In this document: positions 29,939-39,195 of the stretch, piece after piece
Layout of the letters: every line of letters starts with the position of its first letter
Position numbering within the stretch: position 1 is the first letter of the stretch
Assembly (NCBI GenBank): GCA_041639515.1
Contig: JBEQCD010000001.1
Coordinates: 27,347-91,346 of the forward strand
Length of the DNA stretch: 64,000 bases
Reading direction: 5' to 3'
Source: Hydrogenophilales bacterium
GTDB lineage: Bacteria > Pseudomonadota > Gammaproteobacteria > Burkholderiales > Thiobacillaceae
Notes under the pieces: generated by a model
What the model was told of the DNA's origin: nothing
The model's database searches: none
What the model saw: the letters and a program-made list of their open reading frames with translations, nothing else
Position numbers and translations under genes: made by a program

Positions 29939-30858
29939 AGCCTTCCCACCCGCCACGCAGGCTGCTTTGGCAGGGGGCGGCCCTGCTCGCCTACGGCTGC
30001 CTTGCGCTCGCGCTCTTTTTCAATGTCTGGAGTGTGTAAAAACTCCTGGCCGGGGACGGCAAACTGGAATGGCCCCATACCCTCCATGTCTGGCTCATCC
30101 AGATGACCGCGTTCCTGATTGGCGCAGGCGGGCTGGTTTTGCTGGCCAATCGGACTCGCCTGACACACTGGCTGGAAGCACAATCACCCGGTCAACAAGC
30201 CTCGACCCTGTTCTGGCTGCTGGTATCGATCCAGGCCCTGCTGGGCGGGGCGTTCATGCTGACCAAACAACACCCCGGATTCAGTGACTGGGGCTATCTA
30301 TACGACCTCTTCAACCTGAATCAGGAATTCAGCATTCCCACCCTGTATGAAGTCGGGATTCTCTGGCTGGCAGCTGCGCTTGCTGCCCTGATCGCCTTCC
30401 GTTCCGCGCGGTATGCCGCTGCAGGACAAAGCGTCGTCCTGACTTGGGCGGTCACGGCGCTGACGCTGACGCTGATGGGATTCGATGAGTTGCTCAGTTT
30501 CCACGAGCAGGCCGGCCAGTTGGTCAGCGAAGACGCCCGCGCATCCTTCGCCGGTTACGGCTACACCTGGACGCTGGTGGGGTTCCCGGTTGCCGCGCTG
30601 CTGGGCGTGTACTTTCTGATCCAGTTCCGCCGGATTTTTAGCGGCCGCCCTTCCCTGCTCGTCTGGCTGATCATGGCTGGCAGTCTGTTCCTCTTCGGCG
30701 CGGTGTTCGTGGAGAACTTCCAGATGTACCTGCAAAAGCAGCACGGCCACCCCGAAACGCTCTCTGTCTATCACCTGCTGGAAGAGATGTGCGAGATGCT
30801 CGGCATTGCACTGGCCATCCGGGTTTTCTACCGCCACGCACGCGAACTGCTGCCCTGA
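29935..30858 (+). pseudogene. Multi-TM membrane protein interrupted by an in-frame TAA (30037-30039); intact portion 30103-30858
   Basis: ATG at 29935 overlaps the upstream stop and is in frame with ORF 30103; a single stop at codon 35; LFNLNQE.SIPT, DE...FHE and EE.CEM motifs downstream. Confidence 0.65.
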
Positions 30859-30877
30859 GCCCAGGCCGGGCAGCCAT

Positions 30878-31657
30878 TCAATCCGGACAGAACCGGCAGT
30901 AAGGGTTGGTGGGCGAACCAATCTTGGGCGTGACGATCGCCGGCGCGGCAGGGACCGCTTCGCCCGGGCTCGCAGCAGCAGGATCAGATGCGGGTGCGGC
31001 CTGGTCCATTGCCGTAGCCGGCTCGGCGACCGGTTCGACTTTTTCTGCCACGGCCACCGGCTCGGGATAGGGCAACTTGCCGCCCAGTTCCTTGTAGCGG
31101 CGTTGCAGACTGCGGGTTTCCGGGTTGTGACGCAAACCCTCAGTCACGATCTCCAGCGCCTTGGCATTCTGTTTGCCCTGGAGATAGAAATCGGCCAGCC
31201 CAGCATAGGCCTTGGGCAAGCGCGGGTTCAGCTCGATAGCCTTGTTGTAGTTTGTGATCGCCTGCGCCGGCCGGTTCGAGAGCGAATACACAACGCCAAG
31301 GTTCAGATACACATCCGGCATCAGGCTGTAGGTGGGCTCGGCATGAGAAACCATGTACTGCAGGTTGGTCTCTGCATCGCGCAGAGTCGTGCGTTTGTCC
31401 AGTGCAGTGCGCGCTGCGTAATAGCGATTGATGAAATTGATACCCGCGCAATAGTGGTGCGTGTGCTGAAAATCCTTGCCCAGGGTGGCTGCCCAGGCAT
31501 TGTATTCAGGGCTGCCCTGATTGGTCTTCATCTTGGCCTTGCAGTACGGCGGCAGACTCGCCATTTCGGCGTCAGTCGGCACCCACGGCAGTCTGGCGTG
31601 CGCAGCCGCCGCCATGCATGCCACGACCAGACCCGCAATCCATTTCATCCCGTTCAT
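30878..31657 (-). CDS. Exported tetratricopeptide-repeat protein
   Basis: Signal peptide; TPR-like YNKAIELNP...AYAGLA; Pro/Ala linker; C-terminal YCRFCPD. Confidence 0.8.
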   Translation of the reverse strand: MNGMKWIAGLVVACMAAAAHARLPWVPTDAEMASLPPYCKAKMKTNQGSPEYNAWAATLGKDFQHTHHYCAGINFINRYYAARTALDKRTTLRDAETNLQYMVSHAEPTYSLMPDVYLNLGVVYSLSNRPAQAITNYNKAIELNPRLPKAYAGLADFYLQGKQNAKALEIVTEGLRHNPETRSLQRRYKELGGKLPYPEPVAVAEKVEPVAEPATAMDQAAPASDPAAASPGEAVPAAPAIVTPKIGSPTNPYCRFCPD

Positions 31658-32805
31658 TCCACACCTCGTATCGTGATCACTCGTTGTGTTGCCTCAGCCA
31701 CTTTTGCCCAGGCAAACCTTGACTGCACGCGTGCCCAGCCCGCCTCGCCCAGGGCAATCGCGCGTTCGGGCTGGGTCAGCAGGGTCCGCAGGCCGGCGGT
31801 GACAGCTTCAATATCGTTGCCATTCACCCGGAGTCCGGTTTCATCGTGCAGCACGGCTGAGCCGGTGCCGCCTGCCTGACCGGCAAGGCTTGGCTTGCCA
31901 CACGCGGCGGCCTCGATGAAGACCATCCCGAATCCCTCGTTATCACCGTCGATTTCGCGATTGGGCATGGCAAACACATCACATGCATTCATCCATCGTG
32001 GCAGATCGTGTTCACTCACTGCGCCTATGCGGTGGACGTATTCTGTTGCCTGATGTTCCTGGATCAGGGCATCCAGATAGTCCGCGTCTTCACCGATACC
32101 TGCAATGACGTAACGAACCGGAACCCCCTCCCCGCGCAGCGCGACGACGGCGCGAATTGCCTGATCGAAGCCTTTGCGACGGGACAGGCGTCCCACCGAG
32201 AACACCAGCTTTTCCGCTCCGCCGATGTTCAGGGAGTGCCGCAGATCACGTGCATCCAGGCCACGCTGGAACACGTGGGTATCCACGCCGGGGTAGACGA
32301 TGCTGATCCGCCCCGGGTCGACGCCCATGCCCAGCAGGGTCTCACAGGTGTGTTCGCTGTTGGCAATGACCCGGTCGGCATGACGCAATACGAACTGCAT
32401 CGTCCGGAATTTCCGGCCGCGCCCCCAGGTCGTCAGTTCTTCGCCATGGGCATAGACGACAACCGGGCGAAACGTCAGCCGGGCCACACTCCAGGCCACC
32501 GCGCCCTCCGGCAAGGCCCGAAAGGCATGGACTGCCCTGGGGCGATGCCTGAGCGCCAGCGCCAGGGACCTGAACAGGAAACGCACATACATCGCCAGTG
32601 ATTCGGGGCGTAGCCAGGCAACGCGCCTGAGATTCAGGCGATGGATGGTGTTGGGATGCGCGGCATCGAACTCACGGGCTCCCGACACATCGGCCGTCAC
32701 GATGTGGATGTCCTTGCCGCCCAGGCGCTTGTAGACCTCGGCCGCCCACACGGCTGTGCCGCCCTTTGTGGGCAGGAAAAGTTCGCTCAGTACCAGTAAT
32801 TTCAT
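31654..32805 (-). CDS. Glycosyltransferase family 4
   Basis: FLPTKGG, VGRLSRRKG and EGFGMVFIEA motifs. Confidence 0.93.
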   Translation of the reverse strand: MKLLVLSELFLPTKGGTAVWAAEVYKRLGGKDIHIVTADVSGAREFDAAHPNTIHRLNLRRVAWLRPESLAMYVRFLFRSLALALRHRPRAVHAFRALPEGAVAWSVARLTFRPVVVYAHGEELTTWGRGRKFRTMQFVLRHADRVIANSEHTCETLLGMGVDPGRISIVYPGVDTHVFQRGLDARDLRHSLNIGGAEKLVFSVGRLSRRKGFDQAIRAVVALRGEGVPVRYVIAGIGEDADYLDALIQEHQATEYVHRIGAVSEHDLPRWMNACDVFAMPNREIDGDNEGFGMVFIEAAACGKPSLAGQAGGTGSAVLHDETGLRVNGNDIEAVTAGLRTLLTQPERAIALGEAGWARVQSRFAWAKVAEATQRVITIRGVE

Positions 32806-33740
32806 GCGCCGCCTTTCAGCATCGACAACATCTGACGCAAACTTTGCCAGTTGCGCGATTCAGCCAGGGACGGAAAAACAGCACGCATGGCCGCCCATCT
32901 GTGGCCATGCCTCGCCAGCGCGCACCCCAGGTTGTAGCGCGCAGCACGCATGCGATTATCGACACCCCTCCGGACCGGAGCCGGAAAATTCCGGGCCAGG
33001 CGTCGCAGGTCCTGGAGGGTTCTCACATTCTCATGCTGGGCCGCAACCGGATCGCGCCGCGTCACGCTGCCCGCATGAATGACGTACACGCCCAGGCTGC
33101 TGCACACCACGCCGATCCGGCGGCAGCTCGCCACCAGCCGGGTCAGGAAATGCACGTCTTCGCAGACCTTGAAGCCAAGCGGATACCCCCCCAGTTCGAC
33201 GAAACGCGCACGCGGCACGGACAGGGTGTGCGTATCACCGAAGTGGTCCGCTACATAGCCGGCAATTTCATCGGCGGTTTCCATCGTCACGCGCAGCCGC
33301 CCCGCCGCTTTCGCCAGCAGGGCACGCCCGGAAGCGTGCTGCGCCATCGACGTGCCCAGCAGTTGCCCGTCCGAATCCCGGTATTCGTAATCCCCGGTCA
33401 GGAAATCCAGCGTGCTGTCTTCGGTAATCCACTCGGCATGAAGCCTCAGGCGATCCGGTTCATACCAGTCGTCGGCGTCGAGAAACGCAAGCCAGTCTCC
33501 CTGTGCCGCTGCGGCACCGGCATTGCGCGCAACCGACACCCCGCGATTCGGCTGCTGAATCAGTTTCACGCTGTCGCCATAGTGTCTGGCAATGTCTGCC
33601 GTGGCATCGCTTGAGCCATCATCGACGATCAGGATCTCGTGTGCCGGCCAGGTTTGTCCCAGCACGGATTCGATCGCACGCGGCAGGGTGGCCGCTGCGT
33701 TATACGCCGGAATGACCACCGAAAACCGGGGTGTACTCAT
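32802..33740 (-). CDS. Glycosyltransferase family 2
   Basis: SVVIPAYN, VDDGSSD, FLDADD and CED motifs. Confidence 0.92.
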   Translation of the reverse strand: MSTPRFSVVIPAYNAAATLPRAIESVLGQTWPAHEILIVDDGSSDATADIARHYGDSVKLIQQPNRGVSVARNAGAAAAQGDWLAFLDADDWYEPDRLRLHAEWITEDSTLDFLTGDYEYRDSDGQLLGTSMAQHASGRALLAKAAGRLRVTMETADEIAGYVADHFGDTHTLSVPRARFVELGGYPLGFKVCEDVHFLTRLVASCRRIGVVCSSLGVYVIHAGSVTRRDPVAAQHENVRTLQDLRRLARNFPAPVRRGVDNRMRAARYNLGCALARHGHRWAAMRAVFPSLAESRNWQSLRQMLSMLKGGA

Positions 33741-34912
33741 GTCAGCATCCACCCCAACCCGGTCAGGCGGGCCACGCGGGCAAAGCGAGGAATCTCGGCA
33801 AGGCGCGCCCGCCAGGCGGCAAACCGGACTGCCAGGCGGGTTTCGACCCAGGCAGGATCGCGTTCATGGATGGCGCGCGCCAGCCGGGCCGGCGCGATGA
33901 AACGCAGCGTCGGCTGGCGCACCAGCGCACCCTGCAACGCCGTGCGCAGCACCGACAGGCTGGCAGCAGGCGCATCCAGAAAGTTGAATCGGTGCATCTC
34001 CACGAGGCAAGGCCGGCCCTGTGCCGCACGCCGGGCCAGACCTTCCCACAGTCGCTCGGGTTGATGGCCCAGTGCAGGTTCGAAATAGACATCGCGCACC
34101 AGGTACAGCTGGCCTGTGGGTGCCCGGCTACCGGTCAGCATGTGACGGTCGACACAGCCGGGCTGGCCGGAGGCTTCCCGGCAGGTTGCGCGTCTGCCGG
34201 GCGTAATCACGGTGTTGATCCCGACCGCGAGCCAGGCCGCCTCGACGGCTTCGCTCCATACAAATGTGGTGGCAACCGCCACCCGGGGCGATTCGCCGAA
34301 AAGCGCCCGGTAACTGGCCGCCTCGCCCGCCACGGCCTGCCGGATGGTTTCAGGGCCCAGTTCGCGCGAAGGCAGAATGGCCGCATCGACCCACCGGCTT
34401 TGCAAGGGCGAGGGCAGCGTCTCGGTTCGTGCCGGTCCGGGGTCCACAAGCCATGCCCGCACCTGTGCATCCCTGCGCGCGGCGGCCATCACCGCGTCCG
34501 GCCAGTAGTGGCACTGCCCATGCAACTGCGGGGCGAACACGCCGCCTTCCACCCCTTTTTGCAGGGCTGCGCGAACGGCGGCAAAACGCGCATCGGACAA
34601 GGCCCATCCCCAGTATTGCGTCACGCCGGATTCGGCAATCCGTGCGCCATCCGGCACCTCGAACACCATGCCCAGCGTCATCAGGGCGGGCTGGCCCGAC
34701 TCATCGCGCAACCCGTCCAGCATGACGGCCAGTTGATCGAGTGCGTCAGCCTGTTCCAGGGGACCGGCACCCCAGTCATCACTTTCAAGGATCAGCAGGG
34801 GATGGCGCATCACCGGCTCGCGCCAGCGAGCGATCAACGGCCAGGCAAAGGCCACGAGTACCCCGCTCCACAGCCCTGCCAGCCCGAGTGGCACCCACCA
34901 GAGCAGGCTCAC
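33737..34912 (-). CDS. Membrane-anchored putative polysaccharide deacetylase-like protein
   Basis: N-terminal TM; ILESDDWG, QLHG..H and MHRFNF resemble CE4-type metal and catalytic motifs. Confidence 0.55.
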   Translation of the reverse strand: MSLLWWVPLGLAGLWSGVLVAFAWPLIARWREPVMRHPLLILESDDWGAGPLEQADALDQLAVMLDGLRDESGQPALMTLGMVFEVPDGARIAESGVTQYWGWALSDARFAAVRAALQKGVEGGVFAPQLHGQCHYWPDAVMAAARRDAQVRAWLVDPGPARTETLPSPLQSRWVDAAILPSRELGPETIRQAVAGEAASYRALFGESPRVAVATTFVWSEAVEAAWLAVGINTVITPGRRATCREASGQPGCVDRHMLTGSRAPTGQLYLVRDVYFEPALGHQPERLWEGLARRAAQGRPCLVEMHRFNFLDAPAASLSVLRTALQGALVRQPTLRFIAPARLARAIHERDPAWVETRLAVRFAAWRARLAEIPRFARVARLTGLGWMLT

Positions 34913-35835
34913 GAATACCCCATGCGGGCGGACACCGCAGCCACCTCAGGCATCACACGCTCGATCCTGTCGCGATTGCGTCCGTCCTTCCACTTGTCGA
35001 GCCGGATTTCGGAAAAGGCATTGTAGGGAACGTCAAAAGCCGCCATGCAGCGCGCGCGCGTCGCGTCATCAAAACGCAATCCGCATCCTTTGAACACGTG
35101 CGCAATGGCAGCCTCCGGATCGCGCAGAAAATCCTCGTAGAAAATTTCCACCCATTGCGCGGGCGGAATATCGGCCCTGGCGTCGAGAATTGCCTGGTTG
35201 ATCGCCCGATACTGGAAAGCGGACACCGCTTCCACCGGCGCGTTCAGATAGTCGCGCCACCCGTCGGCCAGAAAGAAACACCATTGCCGGAGCGCGCCTG
35301 CGTCGACTGCCACGGAATCCGGCAGGCCCCTGGACCAGGTCGCGAATTCGTCAGGCTTTTTCCAGCCTTCGATCAGGGAATTCAGATTGTCGCCCGGGCT
35401 GCGTTTCACGAACACGAACACCGCATCGGGAAACAGGGCATGCAGATAAGGGACACAAAGCCCGTTCTGGTTGTTCTTGTCGACCCAGCGATGCCGGCCG
35501 GTCCAGGCATAGAAATAGCGGCTGGCCAGGTCGCGGTCACCCACACGGGCATCACGGGCATCGAGCGCATGCGTGTCCCACGCCTTGTCGGACGGGGGAT
35601 GCAGGTCGCTCCACCAGTCGTGGGTTTCACGCTGAAGGCTGCCGATTTCCCGGGATTCGGACAGCATCTTGTAGACAAGCGTCGTGCCCGCGCGCGAACA
35701 GCCCACCACGATCACCGGCCGGTCGGCGGGTCGCCGTGCAAGCGACCAGATCGCCCCACGCAACGTTCGAATCAGACGCGCGGCGTGCCAGGCGAGGGTT
35801 TTCTTTACCTTGTCGAAAAAATCGCTCAAATTCAT
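34909..35835 (-). CDS. PAPS-dependent sulfotransferase
   Basis: 5'-PSB loop VVGCSRAGTT; VDKN; FPDA.F.FVKR.P...NS (3'-PB); YEDF..DP. Confidence 0.87.
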   Translation of the reverse strand: MNLSDFFDKVKKTLAWHAARLIRTLRGAIWSLARRPADRPVIVVGCSRAGTTLVYKMLSESREIGSLQRETHDWWSDLHPPSDKAWDTHALDARDARVGDRDLASRYFYAWTGRHRWVDKNNQNGLCVPYLHALFPDAVFVFVKRSPGDNLNSLIEGWKKPDEFATWSRGLPDSVAVDAGALRQWCFFLADGWRDYLNAPVEAVSAFQYRAINQAILDARADIPPAQWVEIFYEDFLRDPEAAIAHVFKGCGLRFDDATRARCMAAFDVPYNAFSEIRLDKWKDGRNRDRIERVMPEVAAVSARMGYS

Positions 35836-35915
35836 GGGCAGGGGTGTCGTTATCATGGCGGCATCCAGACACGGACTGCTCGCCGGACCGGAGCACGACA
35901 TACAGGATTCGTGCC

Positions 35916-35931
35916 AGGCATGGTGCTCGCT
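35916..35931 (+). promoter_or_regulatory. Candidate sigma54 promoter for the Cys-less amidotransferase
   Basis: AGGCATG-GTGC-TCGCT, GG-N10-GC spacing, ~43 nt before the ATG. Confidence 0.45.
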
Positions 35932-35974
35932 TATAGTCTCGACATTATCCTGCATCGCTTCGACACAACACACC

Positions 35975-37801
35975 ATGGATGGCATTTTTGGCTGGATGGG
36001 CGACCACGGCGCGCATCAGGAACTGATCCTGCACATGAGCACGGCAGGCAGCAGCGCCACGCTCCCCCCACCGCAGACTTACAGCAGCCCCCAGATGGGC
36101 GTTGCCGCGACTTCGCGTTTTGGCAAGGCAGATGTCCATACCGATGCCGGGCTCAGCGTGGCCGTGATGGGACGCCCCCGTTTCAGCGACGAAGAACTTG
36201 CCCGGGTGGCCCGTGAACGTGGTGTGGCCACCGCGCTTGCGCATGGCTGGCAACGTTACGGTGAAGCCTTGCCCACTCGCATCCAGGGCAATTTTGCATT
36301 TGCCGTAATCGAACCCCAGAAGCGCAAGGCCTACCTGGTTCTGGACCGGGTCGGCGCGGAACGCCTGTGTTTTGCGCACCGGAACGGACAGCTGGTTTTT
36401 GGAACCAGCGCCCGCAAGGTCGCCAGCCACCCGGATGTCGGCACCGCCATCGACCCGCAGGCCATTTACGATTACCTGTATTTCCATACCATTCCCGCAC
36501 CTCGCAGCCTGTACCAGCAGGTCAGAAAACTGCTGCCGGGCCAGATGGCCATCTTGAAGAATGGCCAGCTGGAAACACGTTTCTACTGGCAGGCGGATTA
36601 CACGGCTGTGAACGCGGCTTTCCCGACCCATCGTGCGCACTTCCGCAGCCTGCTCGATCAGGCCGTTCAGGATGCGGACGGCCCTGCGACTGCCGCCTTT
36701 CTCTCCGGCGGAACCGACAGTTCGACCGTGGTAGGGGCGCTGACTGGCATGCGCGGCAGCCCGGTCGACACTTTCTCGATCGGCTTCGATGCCGAAGGTT
36801 TCGACGAAATGGAATATGCCCGCTGCGCTGCCGAGCGATACGGCTGCCGGTCCAACGAGTATTACCTCAAGCCTGCGGATATCGTCACGGCCGTCCCGCT
36901 CATTGCGCAGGCATACGATGAGCCCTTCGGCAACAATTCCGCCGTGCCCACGTACTTTTGCGCCAAGGCGGCACACGATGCGGGATTCTCCAACATGCTG
37001 GCGGGCGATGGCGGTGACGAGATTTTTGGCGGCAATGCGCGCTATGCCAAACAGGGCCTGTTCGAACTCTACGGCCAGCTTCCCGGGCTGATCCGGCACG
37101 GTCTGCTCGAACCGCTGGCGCATGTGCCGGGACTCTCGGGCCGATTCCCGCTGTCGAAGCTGAAAAGCTACATCGCCCAGGCAAAGATGGGGCTCCCCCT
37201 ACGCATGGAGAGCTACAACTTCCTCCATCGCACCCCGCTTGCAGAAATTTTCGAACGGGATTTCATCCATGCCGTCGATCCCTCGACAGCAGACGCCGCT
37301 CTGGTCGAGGTCTACGAACGCACCGCCTCCGATCACTATCTCAACCGGATGATGCATCTCGATCTGAAGTTCACCCTGGCCGACAACGATCTGCGCAAAG
37401 TGGGCACCATGACCGAAGCCGCCGGCATCGAAGTCCACTATCCCCTGCTGGATGACAGGCTGGTGGCTTTTGCCAACCAGCTGCCGGTCGACTACAAGGT
37501 TCGGGGGCAGAAACTGCGCTGGTTCTTCAAGGCTGCACTGGACGACCTGCTACCCGAGAAGATCATCAACAAGAGCAAACATGGTTTTGGCCTGCCTTTC
37601 GGCGTATGGGCCACCCAGTATGGCCCGCTGGGCGAACTCGTCGGCGACAGCCTGACGGATTTCAAGAAGCGCGGCTGGATGCGGCCCGCCTATCTGGATC
37701 ATATGCTGGCCATGCAGCGCGGGCCCCATGCCAGTTACTACGGGGTGATGATCTGGGTCACGATGATGCTCGAGCGCTGGCTCGCGGACAACGAGCAGTA
37801 A
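35975..37801 (+). CDS. Asparagine synthetase-like amide ligase lacking the N-terminal Cys
   Basis: FLSGGTDSS PP-loop, YDEPF, AGDGGDE and KHGFGLP motifs; starts MDGIFG instead of MCGI. Confidence 0.88.
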   Translation: MDGIFGWMGDHGAHQELILHMSTAGSSATLPPPQTYSSPQMGVAATSRFGKADVHTDAGLSVAVMGRPRFSDEELARVARERGVATALAHGWQRYGEALPTRIQGNFAFAVIEPQKRKAYLVLDRVGAERLCFAHRNGQLVFGTSARKVASHPDVGTAIDPQAIYDYLYFHTIPAPRSLYQQVRKLLPGQMAILKNGQLETRFYWQADYTAVNAAFPTHRAHFRSLLDQAVQDADGPATAAFLSGGTDSSTVVGALTGMRGSPVDTFSIGFDAEGFDEMEYARCAAERYGCRSNEYYLKPADIVTAVPLIAQAYDEPFGNNSAVPTYFCAKAAHDAGFSNMLAGDGGDEIFGGNARYAKQGLFELYGQLPGLIRHGLLEPLAHVPGLSGRFPLSKLKSYIAQAKMGLPLRMESYNFLHRTPLAEIFERDFIHAVDPSTADAALVEVYERTASDHYLNRMMHLDLKFTLADNDLRKVGTMTEAAGIEVHYPLLDDRLVAFANQLPVDYKVRGQKLRWFFKAALDDLLPEKIINKSKHGFGLPFGVWATQYGPLGELVGDSLTDFKKRGWMRPAYLDHMLAMQRGPHASYYGVMIWVTMMLERWLADNEQ

Positions 37802-37875
37802 GCGCAACCGCCCGCTATCCGGACCAATGCCGGCCGGGCACACGCAGCCTCAGCCAGGCTGCGCGGCACAGCCTC

Positions 37876-39192
37876 TCAGGGAAAGCGGGAGCCGAATGGC
37901 TGTACCGGCCGCCTGTCCTGCCCGATGGCGGGCTCCCGGACTGGCGTAGGGGCTGTCTCCAGCACCCCTGCGAATTTGGCCGTGAGCAGCATGATGGCCA
38001 TCAGATGGTAGGGCATGTCCCAGTACGACAAGCCCAGAAACGCCCCCCCGGCCGCGTATCCCACCATGCTCACCTGGATCATGGCTGCCAGGTCTGCCGC
38101 CCATTTCCGTTCCGAGTCGTTCTTGCAGGCGCGGATCACTTGCCGCGCGCGCAGCCAGGTGAATATCCCCAGGGCAAACCATAATCCGAAGCCGATGAAA
38201 CCCTGCTCGCCGATTTGCTCGAAATAGATACTGTGCACATCGTGCACGCGATAAGGCTCGGGAGCATATTGGCGGAACACGGGTGCCTGGAACATTTCAT
38301 AGCCGCCGCCGGTGATCCGGTCCTTCGCCACGTTGAACGCCGTGTGCCAGGCGTTGATGCGACCCAGTGCGGACGCATCTTCCTGATAGGTCTCGATGGT
38401 GTTCATGCGGTCACGCCATTCCTGCGGCATGATCGTGACGATCAAGGCGATGGCGACGCCCATGTAGACCATCATGATGCCTTTCTTCCGGCTTTTCATG
38501 AGCAGGAAGAGGCCCATCAGCGCCATTGCCACCAGGGCACCGCGCGATTGGCTACCGATAGCCGCCACCCCCGTGAGCACCATGGCACCCGACAGGCCGA
38601 GGCGAACCCAACTGCGTTCCGCCTGCAGATGCAGATAGCGAATCAGCGGAATCAGCATCACCAATGCCAGCGCCATTTCGTTATTGCCGCCGATGAAGGT
38701 GCCAGCCGGTCCCTGCACGCGGAATTGCCCGCCATGGACGATGGTGAAGATTCCGCCCTTGACCCCGTAGTAGCCGAGCGAGAGGGCCACCACCCAGACC
38801 ATCCAGTTGAGCTGCGCCTTGTCGCGGATCAGCAGGATGATGAGGAAGATCATCAGATGAATCTTCCACACCTTGTTCCATTGCAGCGCGGCCAGATCAG
38901 GGAAGAACGCAAACTGCGTGGTAAAGAACATCCAGGCAATGAAGATGGAAAGCGTGATGGTCTCGCGCGTCCAGATCATCCGGTTCTTGTCACGCGTCAT
39001 CAGGAAGGTGGCAATCGTGACCAGCCCCACCAGCATCGAGAACGGAAATTCGTACGCCGGCCCCCAGGCCTGGCGGTGTGGATTCATGTAGGCCAGCCAG
39101 GTCCACAGCATGACGCCGACCCAGGGTCGCTTGAATACGAACGGCAGGGCGAAGAACACGATGCCGAAAACGACCAGATCACGTAAACCCAT
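37876..39192 (-). CDS. Putative O-glycosylation ligase, exosortase A-associated (O-antigen ligase/Wzy-like)
   Basis: MNPHR, SQSRGA, SALGRINAW and HSIYF motifs; multi-TM. Confidence 0.88.
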   Translation of the reverse strand: MGLRDLVVFGIVFFALPFVFKRPWVGVMLWTWLAYMNPHRQAWGPAYEFPFSMLVGLVTIATFLMTRDKNRMIWTRETITLSIFIAWMFFTTQFAFFPDLAALQWNKVWKIHLMIFLIILLIRDKAQLNWMVWVVALSLGYYGVKGGIFTIVHGGQFRVQGPAGTFIGGNNEMALALVMLIPLIRYLHLQAERSWVRLGLSGAMVLTGVAAIGSQSRGALVAMALMGLFLLMKSRKKGIMMVYMGVAIALIVTIMPQEWRDRMNTIETYQEDASALGRINAWHTAFNVAKDRITGGGYEMFQAPVFRQYAPEPYRVHDVHSIYFEQIGEQGFIGFGLWFALGIFTWLRARQVIRACKNDSERKWAADLAAMIQVSMVGYAAGGAFLGLSYWDMPYHLMAIMLLTAKFAGVLETAPTPVREPAIGQDRRPVQPFGSRFP

Positions 39193-39195
39193 GGT

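Noticed and set aside
37843-37863. Hairpin CGCAGCCT-N5-AGGCTGCG between convergent genes
   Set aside because: No U-tract on either strand and only a single copy was seen, so it is not supportable as a terminator or REP.
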